Below the pieces are notes generated by a model. The model was not told where the DNA came from, did not search any database, and was given only the letters and a program-made list of their open reading frames with translations. The position numbers were made by a program, and so were the translations under genes. Of a DNA stretch of 64,000 nucleotides, positions 11,944-21,349 are shown piece by piece; position 1 is the stretch's first letter, and every line of letters begins with the position of its first letter. This stretch comes from Candidatus Latescibacterota bacterium (GTDB taxonomy: Bacteria > Latescibacterota > UBA2968 > GCA-2709665). Location of the stretch: positions 4,544,001 through 4,608,000 of the forward strand of contig OZ220733.1 in assembly GCA_965116875.1 (NCBI GenBank), in the 5' to 3' direction.

Positions 11944-14900
11944 TGGATTCTTGGCGAGGGTCTCCCACAAGTGTAGCTCGAAGTCGTAGTCTTGGCGAGA
12001 CTCGGCGATTCCGAAGTGAGTATTCCATAGGAAGGAATCGCGCAGTGACGACAGCCGTTCAATCCAATTATCAAGTTGATTGGGAAAGCGCTTGTGTACC
12101 TCATCGGTCAATGTGCCGATGGTAAATGGCAATACTTCACGTATTAGTTCGATGGAGTCTGCGATTCCTTCTCCATGTCCCTGCTTTGCCTTCAAAAGCA
12201 TGTCAATGCTGATACATGCTCGTTTGTACCATCCAGAAACATCGGCCTTAAACGACTGACCAATGCAATGGCAGGCCTCGAAGAGATGTCGGAGCGCAAA
12301 CGTCCATAGCGTCTGGGAATTACCAATGGCCGTCCTGAGATTCTCGTAGGAAGACTCGTTGTCCTCGTATCCTAAGGTGACAAACGAATATGCATACTTC
12401 CAGAGTATAGGATCGTTTCGTGAAAGGTAGTCGGGGCATTCCACCATTGGGGATTCGATTACCCCAGCAATGGCGGAAACATCAGAAGCCGGCAGGCCTG
12501 ATTTGGCGGCATAGAAAGCCAGCTCTACATTACCGTGGGGTTGTTCTGACTCGACATACTCATTTATGGCAATCCGCAGATCATCGAGAAGATCATGATT
12601 CGCGAGCGAGCGGATCAACAGGTAGCGAACCAAACGATTTGGAAATAGCCTCTTCACGCGTTTAAGCCGATTCCATCTTTCGGTATGCCCGAATTGAACT
12701 AATGCATCTACATATGCCGATAGGTGTGGTGCATAATCTGGGGCAAAGACATCAAGTCTTTCCAGTATATCTGGGGTTAACCTAAACCGAGAAAGCCATT
12801 TCAGTGGACGTGCTTGCCGCCTCGAGTAGATGCCCAAACACCGGGCAATGCCGACAACCTGTGAGCGAATCTCATCTCTGTTGTCAGAATGAACACCTCG
12901 AAACTCGTCCGTGAATATATCGAAAAGCTCTCGTCCAAACTCCTGTTTACCGTCGTCTGCGAGTACCGACATAATGGCAAGTGAAACTTGGCTATCGACT
13001 ATCCAGTGATTTGCTTCTGGCGAATAAGCAAAGGAGATTACGTCTTGTTCACGGCCCAAAGCCAAGAGAGCATCTCCTAGCAGAGCTCGATCAAGATTAT
13101 GTTCGAGACGCTCCCCTGTTCTGAATTTCAATGCGCCAAGCCGACTGAGCTGAACGATGTCACGTTGTTTGTATGCCGATTCAACCGCCCAATGTATTGC
13201 GTTCAAGACTTCGTTGGTTGGCCGATAGTGCAGAAGGGCGCGTTCAACAAAATCAGCATTCACTTCTTCCAAGACATATGTGTAGTCGCCAGCGTCAAAG
13301 CAGTATTCAAAGGCATATCCATACCACTTAGGAGAATAACGATCGGCCTTTAGAAAACTTGCAATGTTTGCTTTTATTTCCTGTATCCAGTCCGCCTGCA
13401 GTTGGCCGATTACGAACTCACGGAAACTGTTATGGAATACCGACAGTCTATCACCAGAGTTTCGCAAGAGGTGACTCATGCACTTGTACGCATCTTCGAA
13501 CTGGGGACGGTCGAGAGACTGTTGAATGCGGCGGAGTTCATCTCTGTGTACGGAAAATCGCAAACAGGCCATGACCGCACACAGGTGTCTTGCGTCAGCC
13601 ATACCCAATCGGTCGAACTCTTCCCAAAGGAGCCCATAGTAGTCGCGAATATCTCCGCCCGTTGCCGCGGCAAGGGACGCTATAGCATTTGACACTGTGT
13701 CACTCGATAAGATGACTTCCGCGGCATACTGTAGATACAGGGGAAGCCCTTCACATTTTTCGTGGATATCGACAATGTCAGCGTGTGATAGACCAGAAAT
13801 TCCTCGCTTTTTCTCCAGGTAGTCTTGTGTCTCAGATTCTGAAAACAATGGCATTTGAATATGGGTTTTGGGACACTCTCTCGTACTTTTGAGAAAGTGA
13901 GGCCATTTATGCAACTCTTGGGTGCCCACAACTATGGCAACACCGGTAGGCACACCAGACGGCAGAGCCGAGATCACAGTATCTCTTACTTCCTGCTCAA
14001 GACGTTCAGCGTGGTCCAGTCCGTCTAGGAAGATTACAAGCTTTCGACCTTGCTCAACAAAAAAGCCCGCCAGGGTCTTCAAACACGCATGGAAATTTCG
14101 CTCGCTATAGTCGAGTCGTCGTTCAAGAACATTCGGAAATCTCCTATGGAACTCACTTAACAAATTCGCGCGGAGGCTTTCTGCCTGGACTCGCATCCTT
14201 TGAGCATTGTCGTTCACATCGACGAAGCAATAGTAACGGAAGACCTCATACTTTGCTCGATTTAGCTCGTCGAAGTACGTAGTGAGTGAGGTCGACTTGC
14301 CGCTACCAGGCAAGCCTGAAACAATAAGGTATCCTCCATCAATTTGCGGCAACACGGTGTCCAGTCGCTCAGTCAGAGCCTTACGCTCTACAAAATGACC
14401 ATGGTTGACCGGAAATACTTGTGAAATAAGCAACTTGCTCTGGAGTCGTTCCAGAATTCTGTCAATTGATTCAGTAGTAATTGGATCTCTGGATGTAATT
14501 GCGTTCTGTTTAATTTCCTCCTTGAGATCGAGAAAGATCGTGGAATCGGAAAGGCCTAACTTTTCGTCAAGAAGAACCGTTCGGATATATCGCTCCAGCT
14601 CCATCAACGTCGGTTGCCGCACTCGGAATTGGAATTCCATCAAGAATTCACAAAAAGCGTCAACATCAAGCCCAGAGGCGAACATGAGGCTTGCACGTAG
14701 TTGTTTTGTATTTCCCCGTCTTCTATCATCGATGAATTCTGGCTTAAATGCCCCGCAGTGTGTCACGAGGTCAACGAGAGAAGCATCAAGAGCACGGTTT
14801 GAGCAGAGGTACGCGGTAAGGCTATAGCCGGGAAATCTGCCGCGCAGGGTGTTCCAGCTGTCCGCGAATTTCTTCAGGTTTATCGGACTACTGGAATCAA

Positions 14901-15154
14901 TGAGATCACTTGCCTCATAGACATCAAGCGGATTAACGGAATATTTGACCTGATAGGCTTCAATTCTAGTTTCTTGAAACAGAACAATGTCATCGAGATT
15001 TCCCGACTGTTCATACTCCAAGAACATCCTAAATGGCGTTCGAGCTATATAGTTCTCTAGCGCAAGCCGCAGGGCCGTGAGGTCCTGATATTCATCGCCC
15101 TTTCTTCGGGAACTGCCTCTTTTGGGTACCTCAGTCATTTGCAGTTCAACCGTT

Positions 15155-16399
15155 CTATCTCTGTTTCAGATTAGTGATTTGAATTTCACCCGTCATCAGC
15201 TTGTGCAGCAACGCCTTGAATAACTCTTCCAACACCGCGCGTTTGCGCCGGTGCAGGTCAATCTTGCGATCAATGGCGTCGAGGACGGCGACGATATTCT
15301 GTTGCTCCTCTATGGTCGGCAGCGGAAACAGGACTGTCCGGAGCTTGGTCGCATTAATGTTTGCTTGTCCGACGGCACGGCTCGCGAGCTTCTTGATCTC
15401 CTCCTGCGTTCTCGGCCAGTTCACGTAGAAATTAAGAAACTCCGGGATGCATCGGTTTGCATCAACCACAAGTCGCACGAGATAGGACGCAAAGACAGCG
15501 GGTCTATCGTCTTCAACAATGGCCATGCGCCCGACCAGATCGATGCTGTTTGTGCGATTGAATAATAGATCGCCAGGTCTTACCTGGAACTTGCCATAAC
15601 TCTCCGAATCTAGATTGACGAACTGAAGATCTCGGTAATGCACCTTTCCGTATTCCTGACAGTTCATACGTAGAATCGGATGGGAACCGGACGTCTGACC
15701 GCGCGCTGATACGCCGTACTGTGTGGTCAAGGCCACATCGTCGATTGCCGTAATTCCCCAACTCTCCGGCATCGGCCCGATCTCGGTCTCCTTCTGAACC
15801 TCGCCCCGCAGCCCGCGCGTGAAAAGCGTCCGCATCGCGGAGCGCTTCAAATCCTGTGCGACCTCAACACTTTGGTTCTGTACTCGAATTGCGGTGCGCA
15901 CCCGACTGAGTGCCGCACTGATCGCCAACTGCTCGCCCAGTGGCGGCTGCGGCACGTCCAGTCCGGCCAGGCGGCTACGTGACAGGTTTGGGATAGTGGT
16001 CTTGTTGCCTGCGCCCTCAAAGATACCGAGTTGCGTAAAAGCAGATTGCAGGAAAAACACGTAGAAACGCGGCTCGATGTCTGGAACGACTGGCCGGAGT
16101 CGATGTAAGTGGTTCTGGAACGAAATGGTCTCCACCTCGCCGCTCCAGATGGCCGCCCGGCCAATCTCGCCTCCCTCGCAGACCAACAGGTCGCCTTGCC
16201 TCAATAGCTTGGCCGGCAATTCGTGCTCTGGAATTGACATCTCGTCTACCGACGAAAGGTCAATTTCGTCCCAAAGGACGTTCGAGGTCCGCAAAAAGGG
16301 CGTCTTGTCGGTGCCATTGCGAGCGGCAGCAGACATTGTTTTGCCTGCACCAATTTCGAACAACTCCCCAAGCGGACGCCATGTCCACGCTTCATTCAT
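15155..16399 (-). CDS. hsdS: Type I R-M specificity subunit
   Basis: Two TRDs with conserved spacers PPLGEQLAI and PTIEEQQNIV, KETEIGPMPESW, and C-terminal LLHKLMTGEI. Confidence 0.93.
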   Translation of the reverse strand: MNEAWTWRPLGELFEIGAGKTMSAAARNGTDKTPFLRTSNVLWDEIDLSSVDEMSIPEHELPAKLLRQGDLLVCEGGEIGRAAIWSGEVETISFQNHLHRLRPVVPDIEPRFYVFFLQSAFTQLGIFEGAGNKTTIPNLSRSRLAGLDVPQPPLGEQLAISAALSRVRTAIRVQNQSVEVAQDLKRSAMRTLFTRGLRGEVQKETEIGPMPESWGITAIDDVALTTQYGVSARGQTSGSHPILRMNCQEYGKVHYRDLQFVNLDSESYGKFQVRPGDLLFNRTNSIDLVGRMAIVEDDRPAVFASYLVRLVVDANRCIPEFLNFYVNWPRTQEEIKKLASRAVGQANINATKLRTVLFPLPTIEEQQNIVAVLDAIDRKIDLHRRKRAVLEELFKALLHKLMTGEIQITNLKQR

Positions 16400-16776
16400 T
16401 GCGAGCTCACCAAACCCTTTAGCCGCACGGCCGGCAGTCTCTTCAACTGCTGATTCAGCGGGTCCACTTCTATACCGACGGATTCCAGCGCTGTAACACC
16501 CAGGAGCGGCTCCGCGCCAGCCTCGCCGAAGATGATCGTCCCGCCAACGAACTCGCCCATAAATTCAATCTTGGCAACGGCTACGTCCACCGAGATTTCG
16601 CTGCCGTCGGCCAGTTCATACACGCGTTTGCCTTCGGGCTTGAGACCGATCGCTTCCAGGTGCGGCCTGGGCGCCAGGGAATCCGTTGCGCCGGTGTCTA
16701 CCAGAAAAAGACCCTCCCAAAACTTATTCGAGTCGGCCGGGTTCGTAATCCTGACCGTTACATGCGTCGCTCCCAT
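16396..16776 (-). CDS. Clan AA (retropepsin-like) aspartic protease
   Basis: FLVDTGATDS catalytic motif, YELADG, PLLGVTALE; AAGGAGG RBS; stop overlaps the hsdS ATG (ATGA). Confidence 0.88.
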   Translation of the reverse strand: MGATHVTVRITNPADSNKFWEGLFLVDTGATDSLAPRPHLEAIGLKPEGKRVYELADGSEISVDVAVAKIEFMGEFVGGTIIFGEAGAEPLLGVTALESVGIEVDPLNQQLKRLPAVRLKGLVSSQ

Positions 16777-16912
16777 TTTTTCCTCCTTTGGTCCCAATGT
16801 CCCGTCCCAGAAATGTGTCACAATTCTTCGGGGAGTTCATCCAGTCTCGTTGGGTTGCATGCACTGCCCGGGTTTCCTGACCTGTTTAGGGCTCTTCATC
16901 GCCCATCGCCGA

Positions 16913-16929
16913 CCCTTCGACAAGCTCAG
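16913..16929. repeat. CCCTTCGACAAGCTCAG REP-like dispersed repeat unit
   Basis: Intergenic; the same CTTCGACA(A/G)G(C/T)TCAG core recurs at ~40155-40270. Confidence 0.55.
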
Positions 16930-17020
16930 AGAGCGGCTCAGGTCGCAGGTGCCATTTCAGCCGGGCGACTTGACGGACGAATTTCGATAATAGATCTCTG
17001 GGACAACCAAGTATCCATAT

Positions 17021-18865
17021 CTATTGCAGTCGTGCCAGCATTTTCGACAAGCGCGAGTCAATTTCACGGGCCTCGTTGTCGAGACGCTGCAAATCGGCAA
17101 TGATCTCCTTTATCGGGCGCTGCTCTTCAACCTGAGCCTGTCCCACCCACCGACTGGGACTGAGATTGTAGTCCGCATCCTCCGTCTGCTCGCATGTGAT
17201 GACAGCGACCTCGCCCTCAACCGGCTCACCCTTGAGGAAGGCCGCCGCGAGCGGGCGGATGTCCTCGTCAGGGATGTAGTTCTTGGGACGTCCCTTACGC
17301 ACCCGCCGGCTGGCGTTGAGGAGCACGATCTTATTCTGCCGTGAGGCGGGTTTGCGTTTTGACAAGACGACGATGATACCTGCCGCGCTGGTGTTGTAGA
17401 AGAGGTTGTCCGGCAACAGAATGACGCCGTCGATCAGGTCGTGCTCAACGAACCACTTGCGGATGTTGCGCTCTCTGTCTTCATGCCTGGCGCCGGAGCC
17501 GCGCGTCACGGCGCCCGTGTCGAGCACGACCGCGGCCCTCCCCCGTTCGTTCAGGCAGGCGACCGTGTGCTGAAGCCAGGCCCAGTCGCCCTTACCGGTG
17601 GTGGCGCCGCCCCGTGTGCGGAAACGGTCGAAGGGATCGTTGGCGAAGATGTCTGGGGCGAACGGTTGGTTCCACATCGGATTTGCGACTACGACGTCGT
17701 AGGTACCGATCTGGCCGGCTGTGTCTTTAAACTTGGGATTGATCATCGTATCACCACGCGCGATTTCGATTTCCATGTCGTGGATGATCGCATTCATGTG
17801 GGCAACAGCGTAACTCTCGGCCTGCAGTTCCTGACCGAAGAGTTTGAGCGGCACGCGGCTGATGGGGTCGAGTTTCCGGGCAACGAGCTGGAGCTTGACG
17901 AGCAACCCCGCCGACCCGCAGGCGTAGTCGTGGCAGGTCTCGCCTGGTCTAGGGCGCATGATGTGCGCCATAAGGAGGCCGACCTCGGTCGGTGTGAAAA
18001 ACTCGCCTGCGCTTTGGCCGGAACCCTCCGCAAATTTCCTCAGCAGGTACTCGTATGCGCGACCCAGAAAGTCGGGTTGTACGTCGGCGAGGCCGAGCCG
18101 GTACCGCGGATCCGAAAAAGTCTCAATGACCTCTGCAAGCTTTGCCGGGTTGACGTCCCGTTCACCGTTGCGCTCGGACGCGAAGTCAACATAGTCGATA
18201 ACGCCAGAAAGCGAAGGATTCTGCTGTACGATAGCACGAACCGCCTTGGTCAAATGCTCGCCAATATCTCTCGGCCGTGTGCTTCGTCCTTGGTCGTCAA
18301 GCGGCCATTCGTAACTTTCGCGGCCACTGACGACGCCCCATCGTGCTTCCGGTGGGAGGTAGAAACGTAGAAGATCGTGGTCGGCCTCGGCAATTTCCCT
18401 GGCGACGTCGTGGTCTCCGTACTCCTCGGATAGGCGTTTGATTTCGTCGTCGAAGACATCGGACAACCGTTTGAGGAACAGAAGCGGCAGCAGATAATCC
18501 TTGAACTTGGCGGCGTCCTTTTCGCCACGTATGGAACAGGCCGCGTCCCACAACATCTGTTCCATTCTCTTGGTTGAAGGAGTGGTCGATCGTTGGCTAC
18601 CGCGCCGCCGCCGTGTAACTCCCGCCGCCGGTTCGGCGGATTCTGAGACAGCGACTGTGTCAATTCCTGCGTCAGCAGCCAAAGCCGCAATTGCCTCGCG
18701 AGCCGCCTTCTGAGGCTTGGTTGTGCCGCCCTCCCAGCGGTTCACCGTAGCAAACGTGACACCGAGACGTTCCGCAAGTTGCTCCTGAGTTAGGTCAAGG
18801 CTGGTGCGGATGGCGCGTAAGGTAGCGGCCACATCGATCAATTCTGTTATATTTGGTATATCCAT
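17021..18865 (-). CDS. hsdM: Type I R-M N6-methyltransferase subunit with N-terminal XRE HTH fusion
   Basis: [24 protein letters not shown]; [34 protein letters not shown]. Confidence 0.93.
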   Translation of the reverse strand: MDIPNITELIDVAATLRAIRTSLDLTQEQLAERLGVTFATVNRWEGGTTKPQKAAREAIAALAADAGIDTVAVSESAEPAAGVTRRRRGSQRSTTPSTKRMEQMLWDAACSIRGEKDAAKFKDYLLPLLFLKRLSDVFDDEIKRLSEEYGDHDVAREIAEADHDLLRFYLPPEARWGVVSGRESYEWPLDDQGRSTRPRDIGEHLTKAVRAIVQQNPSLSGVIDYVDFASERNGERDVNPAKLAEVIETFSDPRYRLGLADVQPDFLGRAYEYLLRKFAEGSGQSAGEFFTPTEVGLLMAHIMRPRPGETCHDYACGSAGLLVKLQLVARKLDPISRVPLKLFGQELQAESYAVAHMNAIIHDMEIEIARGDTMINPKFKDTAGQIGTYDVVVANPMWNQPFAPDIFANDPFDRFRTRGGATTGKGDWAWLQHTVACLNERGRAAVVLDTGAVTRGSGARHEDRERNIRKWFVEHDLIDGVILLPDNLFYNTSAAGIIVVLSKRKPASRQNKIVLLNASRRVRKGRPKNYIPDEDIRPLAAAFLKGEPVEGEVAVITCEQTEDADYNLSPSRWVGQAQVEEQRPIKEIIADLQRLDNEAREIDSRLSKMLARLQ

Positions 18866-18871
18866 ATATAG

Positions 18872-18899
18872 AATATAATAAAATTGCGCGTCTCGTCAA
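18872..18899 (-). promoter_or_regulatory. Putative sigma70 promoter for a leaderless hsdM transcript
   Basis: TTGACG-N16-TATATT, ending 6 nt before the ATG; no Shine-Dalgarno. Confidence 0.55.
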
Positions 18900-19098
18900 A
18901 GTATTTCTAATCCCGCCGGACGGCGCGTAAAATGAGGCGTGCAGATAAAGGAATTCGAAGCCAGAATGCGGCCAGGGGCTGGAATCGACAGGAGTCGGCG
19001 TGGAGGATTATCCCCAAGGTTGGTTGGCAGAACACGTTAACGGGGATCCGAATCGGATGCGCGGCGCAGGCAGAGCAGGGGAGCGTATGAAGTCCCCG

Positions 19099-20331
19099 TC
19101 AGTCCGACTGAGCGGCGTTCCTGTCGAATACCGCGTTCCAATCTATGCGCCCGGTATACTGCATTGCGGCAAACAGAGTGGCGATACACAAAGCCGTAAT
19201 GGCAAGGCCGGTATAGCCGGAAAAGAAAAACGTGTATGAGAAGATCACCAGGTAAATGAACTGTCCCGCGCCGATTTCCACGAAGGCCAGACGGGTACCC
19301 ACGACCAGGCGCATGTATGATGTGACGAGAAATATCGAGACCGCGGAGGCGAGGCCAAATGCGTAATGGATGAGCATGTGGTCGACGAGGTAGGCCAGCA
19401 ACAGGTGGAAGCTGAAGAAGGCGGCCCCGATGAAGAAGTAGTGCATCGGGTGCAGGGCGATGCGGCGCACGGTGGTGAAGACAAAGAGCAGGAAGAAGAA
19501 CAGGAAGAGGGAGATCGGGGCCGCAAGGACAACCTGCCTGACCCAGGGACCGGGGTTGAGGCGGGCGGGCATGACCATGCCCAGATCGACGCCGGTCAGG
19601 AGATGATCGTATCGCCACTTCAACGTCCAGGCGTCGCCATTCCGGTTCCTGGAAGTGGGGGATACGCTCTCTGCCGGAAAGTCGATCGCTTCGAAGTCTG
19701 TCCGCATCACCAGTTCGAAGTCCGTCACCTGGTTGACGTCTTCACCGAAACTGTAGCGCCAGTGGTCCAGGCCTCGGGAGCGATAGGACACGTGGACGGG
19801 GATTGCCTGGCCGGGCGCGAGATCCACCTGCTGCACCAGATGGCCGGCGCGAACCGGAACGTCAGCGATGCGTTGGTTGTCTACCGTTAATGTGAAATCG
19901 TCATACACGGCGCGTTGCGCGGGCAGTTCCAGATCAAAGTAAAGGGTCAGGCTTCGGTCCGCAGGATTGGACAGGGTGTACGTGGAAGCGAACTGGACGT
20001 GGTAGGTGGCATACCACAGCAGGCCCTTGCGACGGTGTTCGAGTGAGAGGTCGACCTCGATGCGGCTGGAATTCAGGTCCTGGAAGCGTTTTTCGTCCAC
20101 CGTCCGGGAAATTGACTCGCCCCGCGCGCCGGTTTCCATTCGCGTAACGCGTTCCAGTCGGTAAATCTGAGGGGCATGCTGCGTCTGGGCCGTACCCCAG
20201 AGTTGCCCCACGGCTTCTTCGAGCTTGTCGTCCTGTTCCAGCGTGCGCAGGTGGATGGTCTGCCCCAGAATCAGCCAGGCGACTGAAGTGCACAGATAGA
20301 TGAAACCGATAGCGGCGATTCGAAGGATCAA
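19099..20331 (-). CDS. CreD-like inner membrane protein
   Basis: N-terminal TM, periplasmic domain with HRRKGLLWYATY, C-terminal multi-TM region with LHPMHYFFIG. Confidence 0.75.
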   Translation of the reverse strand: MILRIAAIGFIYLCTSVAWLILGQTIHLRTLEQDDKLEEAVGQLWGTAQTQHAPQIYRLERVTRMETGARGESISRTVDEKRFQDLNSSRIEVDLSLEHRRKGLLWYATYHVQFASTYTLSNPADRSLTLYFDLELPAQRAVYDDFTLTVDNQRIADVPVRAGHLVQQVDLAPGQAIPVHVSYRSRGLDHWRYSFGEDVNQVTDFELVMRTDFEAIDFPAESVSPTSRNRNGDAWTLKWRYDHLLTGVDLGMVMPARLNPGPWVRQVVLAAPISLFLFFFLLFVFTTVRRIALHPMHYFFIGAAFFSFHLLLAYLVDHMLIHYAFGLASAVSIFLVTSYMRLVVGTRLAFVEIGAGQFIYLVIFSYTFFFSGYTGLAITALCIATLFAAMQYTGRIDWNAVFDRNAAQSD

Positions 20332-20423
20332 GGGACGCCCCGGATTCAGTATACGAGAAGGTTATTGTGTCGAGCGTATCGCGAAACAGGATGAATTGAA
20401 AAGCGAAAGCCCGGGTTGTTTTT

Positions 20424-20774
20424 TCAGTCAACACCGGGCTCCGGCGATACGTGCCCCTCAAGCTTGTTAATCAGAGTTGGAAGATCTTCTTCTACGGTTT
20501 GCCAGACGATATCCAGATTTATGCTGAAATACGCATGTACAAGCCGGTTCCGAATCGCGACGATTCTGTCCCAGGGAATGTCTGCCAACTCCATTCGTGT
20601 TGATTCGGTAATCTGCGCTGCGGCTTCGCCGACAATCTCGATGTCTTTGATAAGCGACAAAACCAGGTGGCGGTCGATGTCCAGGTCTCCCCGGCCGCGT
20701 CCGCATGCAAACAACAAGGCCTCTCGCGCCGCTTCAATCATGTGGCGCAAGCGAATATCGTCATCTCTGTTCAA
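20424..20774 (-). CDS. HepT/DUF86 HEPN RNase toxin
   Basis: IEIVGEAA, IPWDRIVAIRNRLVHAYF (Rx4HxY). Confidence 0.92.
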   Translation of the reverse strand: MNRDDDIRLRHMIEAAREALLFACGRGRGDLDIDRHLVLSLIKDIEIVGEAAAQITESTRMELADIPWDRIVAIRNRLVHAYFSINLDIVWQTVEEDLPTLINKLEGHVSPEPGVD

Positions 20775-21066
20775 CTTGTACTTCTGCCGTATCCAGAACC
20801 TCCTGCCTGAAATATGGGCTTAAATCCTCGGGTGTCCGCATATCCACCTTTCGTCCCGGGAACAACTGGGAAAATTCCAGTTCCATTCCAGCTACGCCGA
20901 GCAGTCCGGGAATTCGGTCCGGATAGAATTCGACGAGTACATCGATATCACTCTGCGGGCCGAGGTCCTCTCTCAGTGCCGAGCCGAAAACGGCAAGTCG
21001 CCTGATTCCGTGTTCTTGACAGAAAATTGCGATAGCCGTCTTGGATACCGACAGGAGTGGGTTCAT
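20761..21066 (-). CDS. MntA-type minimal nucleotidyltransferase antitoxin
   Basis: GSx10DxD motif (FGSALREDLGPQSDIDV); overlaps the HEPN gene. Confidence 0.92.
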   Translation of the reverse strand: MNPLLSVSKTAIAIFCQEHGIRRLAVFGSALREDLGPQSDIDVLVEFYPDRIPGLLGVAGMELEFSQLFPGRKVDMRTPEDLSPYFRQEVLDTAEVQVEQR

Positions 21067-21349
21067 TATACTGGCTCATTCAAGGTTTGAACAGTCGCTT
21101 CATCCGACTGGGTATTTGCCACAATTGGAATATCACAAAACAGGTGGTGTCCGTCAATACCGTTTGTATAACGGTGGCTTTCGAAAGTCAGAGGGAAGGC
21201 AGGTTGCGAGATTTCCGCACCGGCGAGCGCGTGAGAGGCACGAACTCGACTTTATGAGCGTTGCTCGTTTTTGCCGATGCGGACAGACTGCGGGCGAATG
21301 AGGGAATCGGTTGTTGATGATTGTGCCCGACCGTAACGATGATCGAGCT

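Larger units (their letters stand above)
7761..15138 (-). pseudogene. Large nuclease-STAND/NACHT anti-phage protein (Avs-like architecture), interrupted by IS630 and a 7-bp repeat frameshift
   Basis: N-terminal GDEYQD...LDDIV...AYQVK PD-(D/E)xK motif, Walker A GLPGSGKST, Walker B LVIFLDGLDH, CEGLPLYL, long helical C-terminus. Removing the IS plus one TA and one GCCTACA unit gives a continuous 6117-nt frame (2038 aa). Confidence 0.85.
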
